Below are positions 62,915 through 64,000 of a stretch of 64,000 nucleotides of DNA, piece after piece. Positions within the stretch are counted from its first letter, which is position 1. Every line of letters begins with the position of its first letter. The stretch lies in contig CM059443.1 in assembly GCA_030390025.1 (NCBI GenBank), positions 50,468,001-50,532,000 on the forward strand, read 5' to 3'. Under the pieces are notes generated by a model. That model was not told where the DNA came from. It searched no databases and saw nothing but the letters and a program-made list of their open reading frames with translations. Origin of the DNA: Squalus acanthias (taxonomy: Eukaryota). A program made the translations under genes and the position numbers.

Positions 62915-63555
62915 TTGCAGCCTTGGAGCCCTGATTGACCCTGAGCTGAGCTTCCAATTCCCTATCCTCTCCCTCACAAAGACCGCCTACTTCCACCTCT
63001 GTAATATCACCCGTCTCCGCCCCTGCCTCAGCCCATCTGCTGCTGAAACCTTCATCCATGCCTTTGTTACCTCCAGACTCGAACTATTCCAATTCTCTCC
63101 TTGACGCCCTCCCATCTCCAACCTTCTATAAAAATCTCTGCTGCCCGTGTCCTAACTCGCACCAAGTCCCGTTGACCCATCACCTCTGTGCTCGCTGACC
63201 TACTTTGGCTCCCGGTCTGGCAACGTCTTGATTTAAAAATTCTCATCCTCGTGTCAAATCTACCATGGCCTCGCCCCTCCCTATCTCTGTAACCTCTTCC
63301 AGCCCCACAACTCTCTGAAACTCTGCGTTCCTCCAACTCTGGCCTCTTGTGTATCATACACTTCCTTCGCTCCACCATTGACGGCCGTGCCTTCAGCCCT
63401 CTAGGCCCTAAGCTCGGGAATTCCCCCCTAAACCTCTCCGCCTCACCATCTCTCTCTCCTCCTTTAAGACACTCCTTAAAACCTACCTCATCGGCCAAGC
63501 TTTTGCTCACCTATTCTAATATCTTCTTAGGTGGCTCGGTGTCAATTTTTGTCTG
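62915..63555 (+). mobile_element. L2 LINE 3' fragment
   Basis: FHLCNITRLRPCLSPSAAETFIHAFVTSRL and GRAFS...GPKL L2-type C-terminal motifs. Confidence 0.8.
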
Positions 63556-63909
63556 ATTACGTAACCCTACACTGGCTTCTAGGTTGATGGCCTCCACATC
63601 TGCTTTACTCTTGGGTTATTAGTTGATTGCCCATCCAAACTACTTCTCTGCGCACTCCCTCTATCACCTGTGGATCACTGTTGTCAAACCTGGGTTTGTA
63701 CCTTCTGTGTTCTCCAATAATACTCTGTACTAATTGTGCCCTCCACAGTGAGACTGGCTCCCAGTGCATGCTTTGTATCGCTTTAAGTGGCTATAAAGAA
63801 CAGGGTTCTTGCGTTCACTTCGGGTTTGGCCATTCGTTTGCCGACTAGTTTTAAGACAACAAGCTTCCTGGAAAAGCACAGCACAAATCTGGGCATTCCA
63901 GCAAATAGG

Positions 63910-64000
63910 TTGTTGCATGTAACAAGGGTACTCCAGTAATCATGGGTGACTTTAATCTACATATAGACTGGCCAAACCAAATTAGCAATAATACTGTGGA
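63910..64000 (+). mobile_element. Start of another CR1 fragment (endonuclease region)
   Basis: Encodes ACNKGTPVIMGDFNLHIDW. Confidence 0.75.

Overview
Vertebrate genomic DNA, most likely a cartilaginous fish (inferred from CR1 LINEs with (CATAGAAA/CATAGAAT)n-type tails plus Deu-type and HE1-like SINEs). Most of the window is non-LTR retrotransposon sequence, and nearly all long ORFs in the track are CR1 ORF1/ORF2 or their antisense shadows. Between the repeats is a tandem cluster (~25 kb period) of minus-strand, multi-exon type I membrane receptors of the Ig superfamily, reconstructed here from GT-AG sites and exon phases. The layout is signal peptide, Cys-rich atypical Ig-like D1, V-type D2 plus Ser/Thr stalk, TM, two micro-exons, cytoplasmic exons. 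Gene A (3109-11246) has an activating-type TM (YTxxSxIRM plus an intramembrane Asp), a short Tyr-free tail and a frameshifted D1 exon. Gene B (22256-36278) has a near-identical ectodomain, an uncharged TM core and Tyr-rich tail exons (YSVV, YSVT, YCL, YSLI, NPIYAKM), one of them split by a 6.8 kb CR1 nest. Gene C is visible only as 3' exons before an assembly gap. Together these look like a paired activating/inhibitory immune receptor family that I cannot assign to a named gene. The window also holds a solo LTR, a 5'-truncated CR1 with an open 978-aa ORF2, and a full-length CR1 nested in inverted orientation inside another full-length CR1 of the same family, both with 5' tandem monomer arrays. 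Gene models are manual and lack transcript support.
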